Source: a virus (lineage: Duplodnaviria > Heunggongvirae > Uroviricota > Caudoviricetes). Taken from it: 41,055 bases of DNA. The position numbers and the translations under genes were made by a program. The notes below the pieces were generated by a model. The model was not told the DNA's origin and searched no databases. It worked only from the letters and a program-made list of their open reading frames with translations. Below, piece by piece: positions 8,431 to 17,324 of this stretch; within the stretch, counting starts at the first letter, position 1, and the number at the start of each line of letters is the position of its first letter. The stretch spans positions 1 through 41,055 of IMG/VR virus record IMGVR_UViG_2529293142_000021; one strand, written 5' to 3'.

Positions 8431-8781
8431 ATGAGTAAATATACGTATTTAAAAGATTTAAGCCAGGCATATAAAAACGAAAATCAGGCAAAGAAGGACC
8501 GCTGCCGCAGCAATTATAAAAACATGCCAGAGCAACGCTGGCAGGAGGTGAGGGCTGCGCATAACCGCCGCGTACAGCGTCAGCGCCGACGCTCGGTTGG
8601 CAAATCAAATAAATTCGGGGTGCGCCGTCTTGTTTTTGGCCTGGTTTGCTATCTGATGGAATTTGAACGGATGCCAAGTTTTATTCGCTCAAATAAAAAC
8701 CCGGAGCCAATTAAAATCACATATCAAATTGATGATATTAAATCCGAAACAGCATTAAATAACAGGGAATGTATATTATGA
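8431..8781 (+). CDS. hypothetical protein
   Basis: Start at MSKYTYLK with RBS AGGAAGTGG upstream; basic, AT-rich. Confidence 0.4.
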   Translation: MSKYTYLKDLSQAYKNENQAKKDRCRSNYKNMPEQRWQEVRAAHNRRVQRQRRRSVGKSNKFGVRRLVFGLVCYLMEFERMPSFIRSNKNPEPIKITYQIDDIKSETALNNRECIL

Positions 8782-9179
8782 ATAAATATCAAAAATTACG
8801 CTCGGCGGCAGAAGAGGAAATTATGTGCCGCCAGGCCAGCGACACGTCAGACAACTGGCAGGATTTAGCAACGCCAGAAGCGGTGATTGCGCTGGTGGAT
8901 GATCTGGCAGCAACGAAACGCCGCGTAACAGTCCTGGCGGGCATGAACTCCGCATCAGTTAGATACGGCATAAAAGTGGCTAATTCTCGCGATAAATTGC
9001 GCAACCGGATATCAGAACTTGAGGCGAGCCATAGAAAGCTTCGCGACGTGCTGGCGACCATTCACAATACAATCCGAATGGATGGCGGCTATACCCCACT
9101 GGCAGCAATTCTCAATGCCGCTAAACGCGCACATGAAGAGTCAGCCATCGCCGCTGGCGTAGCTGTGGAGGGTGAGTAA
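8778..9179 (+). CDS. hypothetical protein, nin-region
   Basis: Start at MNKYQKLR; predicted helical; no catalytic motif. Confidence 0.45.
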   Translation: MNKYQKLRSAAEEEIMCRQASDTSDNWQDLATPEAVIALVDDLAATKRRVTVLAGMNSASVRYGIKVANSRDKLRNRISELEASHRKLRDVLATIHNTIRMDGGYTPLAAILNAAKRAHEESAIAAGVAVEGE

Positions 9180-9182
9180 TAC

Positions 9183-9404
9183 ATGGGGTTACTGGATTAT
9201 TATTTATTCATAACAAATAAAATCGGCTCGTGTCCTAACTGTGGGAGTTCAATATTACTCGTTGAGGAAATATATAGTCATTCAAACAATCCGCGCCGTG
9301 GTTCTCCAGTTTATTGTCCTGAGTGTGATATGTCCGGCAAAATTGGCAAGGATCTCGATTTAAATAACGCGCCATATTCATATGTGAAATGGTATGGTGC
9401 TTAA
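9183..9404 (+). CDS. small zinc-ribbon protein
   Basis: SCPNCGSS...YCPECD two-CxxC pattern. Confidence 0.4.
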   Translation: MGLLDYYLFITNKIGSCPNCGSSILLVEEIYSHSNNPRRGSPVYCPECDMSGKIGKDLDLNNAPYSYVKWYGA

Positions 9405-9413
9405 AGGTGGCAT

Positions 9414-10001
9414 ATGAATATTTTAAATAAAGAGTGGTTGCAAACCACAATTGCGGGCATTGAGGCGTTACGCGATGAAATGCCGTTCGGCCTCAATGAA
9501 GATGAAAGTAATACGCTAATTGCGTTAAAAATGGCACTCGCCTCGCTGGAAGCAAAACCAATAGGCGCTTTCCACATTACAGAGCAGCAAGTTGACGGCA
9601 CAAGTGACTACGTCAAGGATGGGGAATGGCCTATTTATAATGGGGTTATTGAAGTCTACGCCGCCCCGCCAGCGCCGGTAGTGCCAGTTATCACGTTTGA
9701 ACAGGCGATATTGGAATCCAGGCGGCTAACCCCTGCTGAAGCGTATGAGAAGGCGTGGAACGCCTGCCGCGCAGCCACGCTTCAGGGTAAATCCGAACAA
9801 CCACAAAACGCACAACAAAATATTCCAGAAAATATTCCTGGTGGCAACTCTCCGGTAACTCCGGACGATTGGATCACCGCTGTAAATAGACTATTAGATA
9901 GTGACGGCAGTCGCGGCTGCTATCACGCCATTGAGCTGGCAGAGGCCCGCGCTGAACTGGAGCGCCTGATTGCAGAGACAGCGCCACATCAGGACAATTG
10001 A
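9414..10001 (+). CDS. hypothetical protein
   Basis: 195-aa ORF; no motif recognised. Confidence 0.5.
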   Translation: MNILNKEWLQTTIAGIEALRDEMPFGLNEDESNTLIALKMALASLEAKPIGAFHITEQQVDGTSDYVKDGEWPIYNGVIEVYAAPPAPVVPVITFEQAILESRRLTPAEAYEKAWNACRAATLQGKSEQPQNAQQNIPENIPGGNSPVTPDDWITAVNRLLDSDGSRGCYHAIELAEARAELERLIAETAPHQDN

Positions 10002-10265
10002 CAATAATCACCCACCGGGGCTATATTCACCGAACGCCAGCAAAATCTGGCGTCGGGATTGGTCTCCCGGATATCTACTCAACGCATACCGCGTTAAGCG
10101 GTTTTTTATGCGTAAAGCACGGCTACACCCGCGAGTTATGGTGGGCTGTGTGAGGGCTTCTTAGGAAGCGCCGGGTTTGAGTAGCCGGTAAGACCAACCT
10201 TGCACAGTTCACCACCAGTCGATTGGTCTCGACGGTGGTGATGGTTAACCCACCGAGGTGACGCT

Positions 10266-10847
10266 ATGACTACTCAAATCACTATTTCTGATATCGCCAT
10301 TCATCAGGATAACGACGGACGTTATTCTATTAATGACCTGCACAAAGCATCCGGCGCTGAACATCGCCACCTGCCTAACTACTGGCTGGAATTGCAGCAA
10401 ACCAAAGAGTTAATCGAAGAGATCTTAAATACCGGAATTCCGGTAATTACTCCACCAGTGGTAAGCAGAAAGGGCCGTAACGGCGGCACCTACGTCTGCA
10501 AAGAACTGGTTTACGCCTACGCAATGTGGATCAGCGCTGCGTTCTCTCTCCGTGTAATCCGTGCCTACGATGCGCTGGTGGCGGAAAACAGCCAAAATAA
10601 CGCAATTACCGCCATCCCCACCAGCCCACACAGCTACTCGATCGTTACCTCATTTTGCGACGGCGAGCCGATTTACAGTCGTGTTATTCAACCTGGCGAA
10701 ATTTTGATTCATCGCGATGACCATATCGAACTGATGGCCCGCGCAGGCTACATGACGATCCACTGCAATGAGCTGGAAAAAATGGGCGCACCTGAGCTGG
10801 CGCGCCGCATCGAGGCAACGCGCAGAATGATGGATATCTGGGCGTAA
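10266..10847 (+). CDS. KilA-N domain protein, possible antirepressor
   Basis: N-terminal YSINDLHKASG...LPNYWLEL...GTYVCKELVYAYAMWIS pattern typical of the KilA-N DNA-binding domain. Confidence 0.65.
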   Translation: MTTQITISDIAIHQDNDGRYSINDLHKASGAEHRHLPNYWLELQQTKELIEEILNTGIPVITPPVVSRKGRNGGTYVCKELVYAYAMWISAAFSLRVIRAYDALVAENSQNNAITAIPTSPHSYSIVTSFCDGEPIYSRVIQPGEILIHRDDHIELMARAGYMTIHCNELEKMGAPELARRIEATRRMMDIWA

Positions 10848-10934
10848 TACCGCCCGGATAGTGTTTCAAAGTTATAACAAACCTCGAATAATTATTAATG
10901 CAAATATATTTTGCGTTAACTATTCGAGGTAGCT

Positions 10935-11579
10935 ATGAAAGACTTATACAATGATGAGTGGTCCGCCGGGTTTATCGCCCGGGTTGACCTGCTGCGCGAG
11001 CTGGACAATCAGTCAATCACACAGCCTCTCTACAGAGAGCGCGCCGACATGATTTTTACTGAAATGACGGCGCGATTCACTGCACGACTGCGGGAAACGT
11101 TGGGTGATATTGATGATCCGGGCGTCACCCTGGACGACGCAATCCGCTATTACGTGAACGGCGAACGCGGCGACCCGCTGTTAGATTACCTGTCCTCCCG
11201 CACTCGCCCATTTTGTGACGCGATGCACATTTCCAGCGATGCCTACGGAATTGCGGCATATTGCTGCGCGTTCATGATGTGGAAGGGTGATCTGAGGGTG
11301 GCATATGCGTTTTTCTCTCTGTTAATGCGCCCCCTGGTATCTGCGTATCGATACCGAATCGACGCGCAGCGCCGTGGCTCGGCTGGTGGACACCCGCACC
11401 ACCGGCTGCGCCCGGAGGCGCTGGAGCTGGCGGCGGAATATTTCACAGAAAATCCGAGGGCAACAAATGCGGACGCCGCAAAGCATATTTTAAATGTATT
11501 AAATGTTAAATATTCCGACCCTCCTCATGCTATATCGGTTGCGCGGTGGTTAAAAACCATTTACGGAGATAATAAATAA
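10935..11579 (+). CDS. hypothetical protein
   Basis: 214-aa ORF with RBS-like GAGG before the ATG. Confidence 0.5.
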   Translation: MKDLYNDEWSAGFIARVDLLRELDNQSITQPLYRERADMIFTEMTARFTARLRETLGDIDDPGVTLDDAIRYYVNGERGDPLLDYLSSRTRPFCDAMHISSDAYGIAAYCCAFMMWKGDLRVAYAFFSLLMRPLVSAYRYRIDAQRRGSAGGHPHHRLRPEALELAAEYFTENPRATNADAAKHILNVLNVKYSDPPHAISVARWLKTIYGDNK

Positions 11580-11584
11580 CGAAA

Positions 11585-11621
11585 CACAACCAGCTTATGT
11601 ACTACACAAGCTGGTTGTGTA
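11585..11621 (+). terminator. hairpin with 13-bp stem
   Basis: ACACAACCAGCTT atgtactacac AAGCTGGTTGTGT followed by tatatttgt. Confidence 0.4.
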
Positions 11622-11720
11622 TATTTGTCGCGTGAATATATTAGAGCATTATTTCCCCAGATTAATTATTTGAGACAGCAATGCCATAAAATGATACTGT
11701 ATATTTGTACAGTATCTTGT

Positions 11721-11909
11721 ATGACGGGGGATAACGTGAACGAACGCGAATTATTAGATATTGTCCGGCCTGACGGGCGTTATGAGCTGATTAGCCAGGG
11801 CGGTAAATTTATTGTGAGGCCGTTACGCGCTGACGAAATTATTATTTCCCCCGAATCACACAGAGAGTGCAAAAAACGTTTCAGTAATACGCAAACTGAA
11901 TTACAATAA
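11721..11909 (+). CDS. small hypothetical protein
   Basis: Internal start MTGDNVNERELLD of the 11625 ORF. Confidence 0.3.
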   Translation: MTGDNVNERELLDIVRPDGRYELISQGGKFIVRPLRADEIIISPESHRECKKRFSNTQTELQ

Positions 11910-12009
11910 CCCCCTCGGCTGAACACCGACCCGTCGCGCCAAATTGAGGAAATCAAAATGGCGCACAATATCTGCATTAAAGCGTCGCTGACTGCCCCGG
12001 GGGTATTCA

Positions 12010-12300
12010 GTGACTAAATTCGATCGTATCTGGCTGAGCCGCGTTGCGTCGCTCGGCTGTATTGTCTGTAAAAATCTTGGCTACGGCGAAAGCCCGGCGG
12101 AGATTCACCACGTTCGCACCGGTCAGGGCACTGCCCAGCGTGCAGGCCACCAGCAAACAATCCCCCTGTGCTGTCAGCACCACCGTGTTGGTGGTTACGG
12201 CGTAGCAATTCACTCAGGCAAAAAGACCTGGGAGAAAAAATACGGTCAGGAAATTGATCTGCTGAATCAGACGTTAACCGCGCTGGGGGAAAACGTCTGA
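12010..12300 (+). CDS. Cys/His-rich putative nuclease, nin-region
   Basis: GTG start; CIVC...HH...CCQHH metal-binding pattern; directly upstream of RusA. The Ref/HNH-like assignment is from memory. Confidence 0.45.
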   Translation: MTKFDRIWLSRVASLGCIVCKNLGYGESPAEIHHVRTGQGTAQRAGHQQTIPLCCQHHRVGGYGVAIHSGKKTWEKKYGQEIDLLNQTLTALGENV

Positions 12301-12659
12301 TGGCAAAATATTCAATCACCCCACTGGGTAAACCCCGCATGACCCGTGCTGACAAATGGAAACAGCGCCCGCCGGTGCTGCGTTACCGCGTGTTTTGTGA
12401 TGAGGTCCGCTTAAGCGGCATTACGCTGCCCGAGAACGGCGCACACGTTGTATTTGTTATGCCTATGCCAGCGAGCTGGAGCCAGAAAAAACGCGCCAGC
12501 ATGAACGGTGCGGCCCACCAGCAAAAACCGGATATTGATAACCTCACTAAATCGCTGTTAGACGCCCTGTTTGATGACGATTCTCATATTTGGGATGTCC
12601 GGGCGTCGAAAATATGGGGCTATGAGGGCGCGATCGTGGTGCAGGAAGGTGCGGCATGA
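12300..12659 (+). CDS. rusA: Holliday junction resolvase RusA-like
   Basis: 119 aa; acidic motif PDIDNLTKSLLDALFDD characteristic of RusA family; typical position upstream of Q. Confidence 0.8.
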   Translation: MAKYSITPLGKPRMTRADKWKQRPPVLRYRVFCDEVRLSGITLPENGAHVVFVMPMPASWSQKKRASMNGAAHQQKPDIDNLTKSLLDALFDDDSHIWDVRASKIWGYEGAIVVQEGAA

Positions 12660-14563
12660 AATACGGTTCCGTTTGCAGCGGTATTGAGGCCGCGAGTGTG
12701 GCGTGGGAGTCCCTCGGCTGGCAGCCTGCATGGTTCGCAGAGATTGAGCCGTTCCCCGCCGCTGTGCTGGCGCATCACTGGCCGCAGGTCAAAAACCTTG
12801 GCGATATGACGAAAATCGCCGCCGGTGTCCTCGCTGATCAAATCGAGGCACCAGACGTGCTGGTGGGCGGCACTCCCTGCCAGGCATTCAGCGTTGCCGG
12901 ATTGCGCAATGGACTGGCCGACGAACGCGGACAATTGACCCTTTCTTACGTGGAATTAGCAAATGCAATCGATGACAAGCGCCGCCAGCGCGGTGAACGG
13001 GAATCAATCATCGTCTGGGAAAATGTCCCCGGCGTGCTCAACAGCAAAGACAACGCGTTCGGATGTTTTCTGGCTGGGCTTGCCGGAGAAAGCAGTGCGT
13101 TGCAGCCACCAGGGGGAAAATGGACGCTCGCAGGTTGTGTGCGTGGACCCGCGCGAAATATTGCCTGGCGAGTGCTCGACGCTCAATTTTTCGGAGTGGC
13201 ACAACGACGCCGCCGTGTGTTCGTTATCGCAAGTGCTAGAGACGATATCGATCCCGCAAAAATACTTTTTGAGTCCGACGGCGTGCGCCGGGATACTCCG
13301 CCGCGCAGAGAGTCGCAAACGGCAGTTGCCGCTCTTACTGCGCACGGCGTTGGAGCGTGTGGCGCAGACGACAACCAGGCGCAGGCAGGACATCTAATCC
13401 CTGAGATCAGCGCATATCGCATGACCGCATTCGGCGAGTATGCTGATGATGAAACTGCATCGACAGTTAAAGCGAGAGATTACAAAGATGCGACCGATCT
13501 GGCAGTTATGACGGTCCATGGCACACAGGATCCAGACGTTAACATCGAATTAGCGCACACGCTGGGGCGGAATAATGGGCAGGAAAATGCCTGCATAGCA
13601 TTCAGCTATAAAGATCACGGCCAAGATGCAGGATATGAAATAGCGCCTACTTTGCGGGCGGGGAATTGCGATACAGGGCGGGGTAACAGCGGGCAACCGC
13701 CAGCGGTCGCCAAGGCAATGCTCGTACGCCGTCTCACTCCGCGTGAGTGTGAGCGCCTCCAGGGATTCCCGGACGACCACACAAAAATACCCTGGCGCAA
13801 CAAACTGACTGAGGACTGTCCGGACGGGGCGCGATACAAAGCGATCGGCAATAGCATGGCAGTGCCGGTGATGCGCTGGATCGGCGAGCAAATTAAACGA
13901 GCAACAGCAACGCAGGAAATTATCTGTAATCCCTACGTCGCGGCGGTTGATAAATTACGCGCGCAGAATGAACACTATTTGCGCGAAGTTGGCGATCAGT
14001 GGCGCACTCCTGATCTGCTGTTTTGGGGTATTAATGCAATATTTGGCCCACTGGTCCTCGATCTGTTTACTGACGGCGATAATTCAAAATGTCCGAATTA
14101 CTACACGGCCGAACAAAACGCGCTAACGCAAGACTGGTCCGCGCGACTCGCGGATCTGGGCGGCGCTGCGTTCGCTAATCCGCCGTACAGTCGATCGCAG
14201 TATCACGACGGACAGGCGATCACCGGCATGGCCCACATCATGAGCCACGCCCGCTCAATGCGTGACGCTGGTGGGCGTTTTGTTTTCCTGCTGAAAGCCG
14301 CGCCATCGGAAACCTGGTGGCCGGAGGACGCGGATCACGTAACGTTTATTCGCGGTCGTGTCGGTTTTGATTTGCCAGCCTGGTTTAATCCTGCTGATGA
14401 AAAACAGGCACCCTCCAGCGCAAATTTTGCGGCGGCAATTGTTGTGCTGGATAAAAACTGGCGCGGGGGCCGGTTCGGATATATCCACCGCACAGAGCTG
14501 GAAGCGAAAGGCCGCGCCGCCCTGGCGCTGGCACGGTATGCAGTCAATGAGGCCATATTTTGA
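12656..14563 (+). CDS. fused C5-cytosine and N6-adenine DNA methyltransferase
   Basis: N-terminal half has C5-MTase motifs: GSVCSGIEAAS (I), GGTPCQAFSVAG (IV), ENVPG (VI), QRRRRVF (VIII), GNSMAVPV (X). C-terminal half has a phage Dam-like region with the NPPY catalytic motif (FANPPYSRS). No cognate endonuclease nearby. Confidence 0.85.
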   Translation: MKYGSVCSGIEAASVAWESLGWQPAWFAEIEPFPAAVLAHHWPQVKNLGDMTKIAAGVLADQIEAPDVLVGGTPCQAFSVAGLRNGLADERGQLTLSYVELANAIDDKRRQRGERESIIVWENVPGVLNSKDNAFGCFLAGLAGESSALQPPGGKWTLAGCVRGPARNIAWRVLDAQFFGVAQRRRRVFVIASARDDIDPAKILFESDGVRRDTPPRRESQTAVAALTAHGVGACGADDNQAQAGHLIPEISAYRMTAFGEYADDETASTVKARDYKDATDLAVMTVHGTQDPDVNIELAHTLGRNNGQENACIAFSYKDHGQDAGYEIAPTLRAGNCDTGRGNSGQPPAVAKAMLVRRLTPRECERLQGFPDDHTKIPWRNKLTEDCPDGARYKAIGNSMAVPVMRWIGEQIKRATATQEIICNPYVAAVDKLRAQNEHYLREVGDQWRTPDLLFWGINAIFGPLVLDLFTDGDNSKCPNYYTAEQNALTQDWSARLADLGGAAFANPPYSRSQYHDGQAITGMAHIMSHARSMRDAGGRFVFLLKAAPSETWWPEDADHVTFIRGRVGFDLPAWFNPADEKQAPSSANFAAAIVVLDKNWRGGRFGYIHRTELEAKGRAALALARYAVNEAIF

Positions 14564-15240
14564 AATTAGAATCACTCCCAAAATTTTACGCACCGAAATC
14601 GCCAAATCTCGGCGCAACAGCGCCCGCCACCGGCGGCGACCGCATGACGATTACTGACGTAATGACGGCTCAGGGGTTCGTTCAGTCAAAAACGCCGCTG
14701 GGGTTCGCGTTATTTCTCGCGAAAGCAGGCATTCAGACGCCTGAGCCAGCGATTGAACTGCTGGCAAAAATCGCGTGGGAACTGGCACCGGCGTGCCGCG
14801 CTGTTAACGTGCTGCCAGGCAACCAGCGCGCTGCCGTGTGTGACGTGCTGGCAACGATGGCCTACCAGGACTACTCCCGCAGCGCCGCCAGCGTGCGCCC
14901 GTGTGACTGCTGCGCGGGTGACGGGTTTATAACTGCTGAGGTGTTTACAATGAAAATGGCAGGCGTGGTACATCGGCAGGTACGAGAGATTGAGCGCATA
15001 TTGTGCGCTAATTGTAAGGGGAAGCGAGTAATTAGCAATTCGTGCCGTTGCCACGGTAAGGGGAGGGTGTTGGATGCCTCTGGCGAGGTCCTTTTGTGGA
15101 AAGAGTGCGACCGATGTAGGGGGCGAGGATACTCTCGTTTGAAATTTTCCGCCGTACTGGTTGCGTTGCAGCGGGTGTGGCCGGAGCTAAAAAAACCACT
15201 GCTTACAATGAAGTGCAGCCATTTTTTGAAATACTGGTGA
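14560..15240 (+). CDS. late antiterminator Q-like
   Basis: Cys-rich C-terminus (CANCKGK...CRCHGKG...CDRCRGRG), last gene before the late promoter/lysis region. ORF track start is TTG at 14560; real start may be the ATG at 14644. Confidence 0.65.
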   Translation: MKLESLPKFYAPKSPNLGATAPATGGDRMTITDVMTAQGFVQSKTPLGFALFLAKAGIQTPEPAIELLAKIAWELAPACRAVNVLPGNQRAAVCDVLATMAYQDYSRSAASVRPCDCCAGDGFITAEVFTMKMAGVVHRQVREIERILCANCKGKRVISNSCRCHGKGRVLDASGEVLLWKECDRCRGRGYSRLKFSAVLVALQRVWPELKKPLLTMKCSHFLKYW

Positions 15241-15395
15241 CGCATTGCCACAGAGAAGAGGCTGCAGCCGAACAGCAATTACAGGTGGTTACGCGCTGAT
15301 TATTGCTAAAAAAAGGTGCTAAAAATTACATTGTTGCTATTCATGGAAAAATAGGATAAATTTCCTCCAACGATAGGCGTTGTATGTTCGTTCCT

Positions 15396-15450
15396 CTAAG
15401 CCCCGCCACATGGGGCTTAGTCAAAAAACACCTCTTTTTTGGTTCTTTTT
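15396..15450 (+). terminator. rho-independent terminator downstream of Q
   Basis: CTAAGCCCCGCCACATGGGGCTTAG hairpin followed by two T-runs. Confidence 0.5.
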
Positions 15451-15463
15451 ATCGTATTTTCCC

Positions 15464-15505
15464 GTGACAAGATCATGTTTACTGTTAAAATCATTCAACA
15501 TGATT
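15464..15505 (+). promoter_or_regulatory. candidate sigma70 promoter with operator palindrome for the cassette
   Basis: GTGACA (15464-15469), 16-bp spacer, TAAAAT (15486-15491); palindrome AATCAT tcaac ATGATT overlaps the -10 region. Confidence 0.35.
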
Positions 15506-15566
15506 CAGTGATGTGAATCTTTTTAAAAAAATAAAAAGCATAAATTTCAAAGAGTAAGCTCAAAAA

Positions 15567-16331
15567 ATGCAGGGTCAACCCAAGACTAAACACCAAGAGT
15601 TGGTCGAGACGCTATCATTATATATAAACTCGCGAACCCCGTTAGAGGAGCCTCTTTTGGGTGAGCTCTTACGCGAGATTAATAAGCAGTCCGTTGCCTC
15701 TCGTGCATATCTGATGGCTTTGTGGATGGAGGCTCAGAACAGGCATGATGAGACAGTGGCATGGTATCTAGAGGCGATAGCTACTTCTGGTGAGCACGCT
15801 TCTGTTGTTGCAGGTAACTATCTGAGTTACCTGAGTTGCTCAGCGCATAATCTTTTTCACAGAACAGAATTATTTCGATTGGTAGATATATATTGTACTA
15901 AGCGGATAAGAAGAATGGCCAGGAATGCAGCATTTTGCATGGGAAATGACCGGCTTGTTAACCGATTCACTGTGATGATGAAGGCTTTACTCGATGGCCA
16001 AGAACGTGAAGAAATCGAGCGTGAGGGGGCAAAAATGGTGGAAGCTATTGTCACTTTTAAAGAAGCCACTAAGCTAACTTCATCTGAAATCCAGAAGCTG
16101 TGTGATTCAGCTGAGCAAATTGCAAATAGCCATGGCGTGAATTGTGCGGGTGTTGAGTATTTTCTTAGCGGTGGATACGACAACGCCATAATTCTGTTTG
16201 CAGATACTAGCGACTCTAGCACTCTTACCACCATGAACATGGAACTCATAGGCTTGCTTGCTGATGATCCCTATATAGACCGTCCATTTACTTCATGGTT
16301 TAAGAGTTCTGATATGAAGGATCGGGTGTAA
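15567..16331 (+). CDS. hypothetical protein, gene A of the Q-holin cassette
   Basis: 254-aa ORF, AT-rich relative to flanks; stop overlaps the start of the next ORF (TAATG); no Walker A or other catalytic motif recognised. Confidence 0.65.
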   Translation: MQGQPKTKHQELVETLSLYINSRTPLEEPLLGELLREINKQSVASRAYLMALWMEAQNRHDETVAWYLEAIATSGEHASVVAGNYLSYLSCSAHNLFHRTELFRLVDIYCTKRIRRMARNAAFCMGNDRLVNRFTVMMKALLDGQEREEIEREGAKMVEAIVTFKEATKLTSSEIQKLCDSAEQIANSHGVNCAGVEYFLSGGYDNAIILFADTSDSSTLTTMNMELIGLLADDPYIDRPFTSWFKSSDMKDRV

Positions 16332-16732
16332 TGAGTGTATCAGGTCAAGATTTCATTAATTTTGCAGAGAAGTGTCTCGAATTTAATGATGAGATAGGTT
16401 TCAGGAATGTGGTAGGACGCTCCTATTATGGTGTTTACCATGAAATCTGTAGCAAACTTGAGCATTGTTATGTGCTGACTTCTCATGAAGGTGTTCGCAA
16501 TTACCTTATGAGTTCTACGCAGTGTAAAAAAGAGCCGTTTGATAAAGCCGGACTCAGAAGAATTGGTGCATTTCTTCATAGTCTTCATGTGCAGAGAAAG
16601 TGGGCTGATTACACTCTTGAACGCGAATTAGTTAAAGCTGATGCGGAATCCGCACTCAATACCGCAAAACAAGTCATGGCTGAAATCAAGGCCTTACACG
16701 AGGCGGTTTACCCTCCTCAACCTGCTGCGTAA
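16331..16732 (+). CDS. HEPN-like protein, gene B of the Q-holin cassette
   Basis: 133-aa ORF translationally coupled to gene A; contains RNVVGRSYYGVYHEI, RRIGAFLH (R-x5-H) and RKWADY, reminiscent of HEPN RNase domains. Confidence 0.55.
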   Translation: MSVSGQDFINFAEKCLEFNDEIGFRNVVGRSYYGVYHEICSKLEHCYVLTSHEGVRNYLMSSTQCKKEPFDKAGLRRIGAFLHSLHVQRKWADYTLERELVKADAESALNTAKQVMAEIKALHEAVYPPQPAA

Positions 16733-16751
16733 CTCACGAAATCCGACATGG

Positions 16752-16778
16752 AAACCCGCCTCCGAGCGGGTTTTTTTG
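16752..16778 (+). terminator. rho-independent terminator after the cassette
   Basis: AAACCCGC tccgag GCGGGTTT followed by TTTTTTT. Confidence 0.6.
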
Positions 16779-16868
16779 TGCTTTTTTCCGTAAATCTCAT
16801 TGCTAACACCACGGTTGGTGTTAATTCCTCGTAGTGAGATTTGCAGAAAAACAGGTGTTACCGCGTTT

Positions 16869-16891
16869 CCCCGTATTCCCCGGGGTTTTTT
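16869..16891 (+). terminator. GC hairpin plus T-run upstream of holin
   Basis: CCCCG tattc CCCGGGG followed by TTTTTT; preceded by nested inverted repeats at 16792-16842. Confidence 0.4.
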
Positions 16892-16936
16892 ATTCAATCT
16901 GCCACCGCTGGTGGTATCCATTTATTCGAGTCGCAT

Positions 16937-17308
16937 ATGCCGCACACGTCGAGCTGGTGGGGATTAATGCTGGAATTGTATCGGCAACATAAAACAGTCC
17001 TCGATATTTTATTGCTCGTTATTTTAGGTGTTATTGTCAGGGTATTTTATTGGGGTGGGCGTTTTCGTGAGTGCTGCGGTGATATATTGATCGGCACCAC
17101 TATTATGGTTTTTGCCGCTGCCAGATTGCCGAATATTACGATCCCCGTGCCAGGTGATGCCCCGCTGATATTCAGCCACAATGAAATAGCGTTTGTTGTT
17201 GGGATAATGGGTTATAAAGGGCTGAAGGAAATTATTTTTTGGGTGTTAAAAACCAGATTCAACATTGATTTGCGCGAGCGTATTGCGCAACGTAAAAACA
17301 GTAAATAA
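16937..17308 (+). CDS. holin
   Basis: Start at MPHTSSWWGLMLELY; hydrophobic segments with a charged C-terminal tail; immediately upstream of the endolysin. Confidence 0.65.
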   Translation: MPHTSSWWGLMLELYRQHKTVLDILLLVILGVIVRVFYWGGRFRECCGDILIGTTIMVFAAARLPNITIPVPGDAPLIFSHNEIAFVVGIMGYKGLKEIIFWVLKTRFNIDLRERIAQRKNSK

Positions 17309-17324
17309 TTTTTGGTGAAAAAGC

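Noticed and set aside
13004-13891. Minus-strand ORFs inside the methyltransferase gene (13004-13393, 13183-13422, 13550-13891)
   Set aside because: They are embedded antisense within a gene carrying clear methyltransferase motifs; no independent support.
15857-16588. Minus-strand ORFs within the cassette (15857-16249, 16340-16588)
   Set aside because: Antisense to the translationally coupled plus-strand pair and lacking any upstream signals; considered shadow ORFs.
15567-16732. Shiga-toxin-like AB5 toxin genes at the Q-holin slot
   Set aside because: Sizes (254 and 133 aa), lack of signal peptides and sequence do not resemble StxA/StxB; only the genomic position is analogous.
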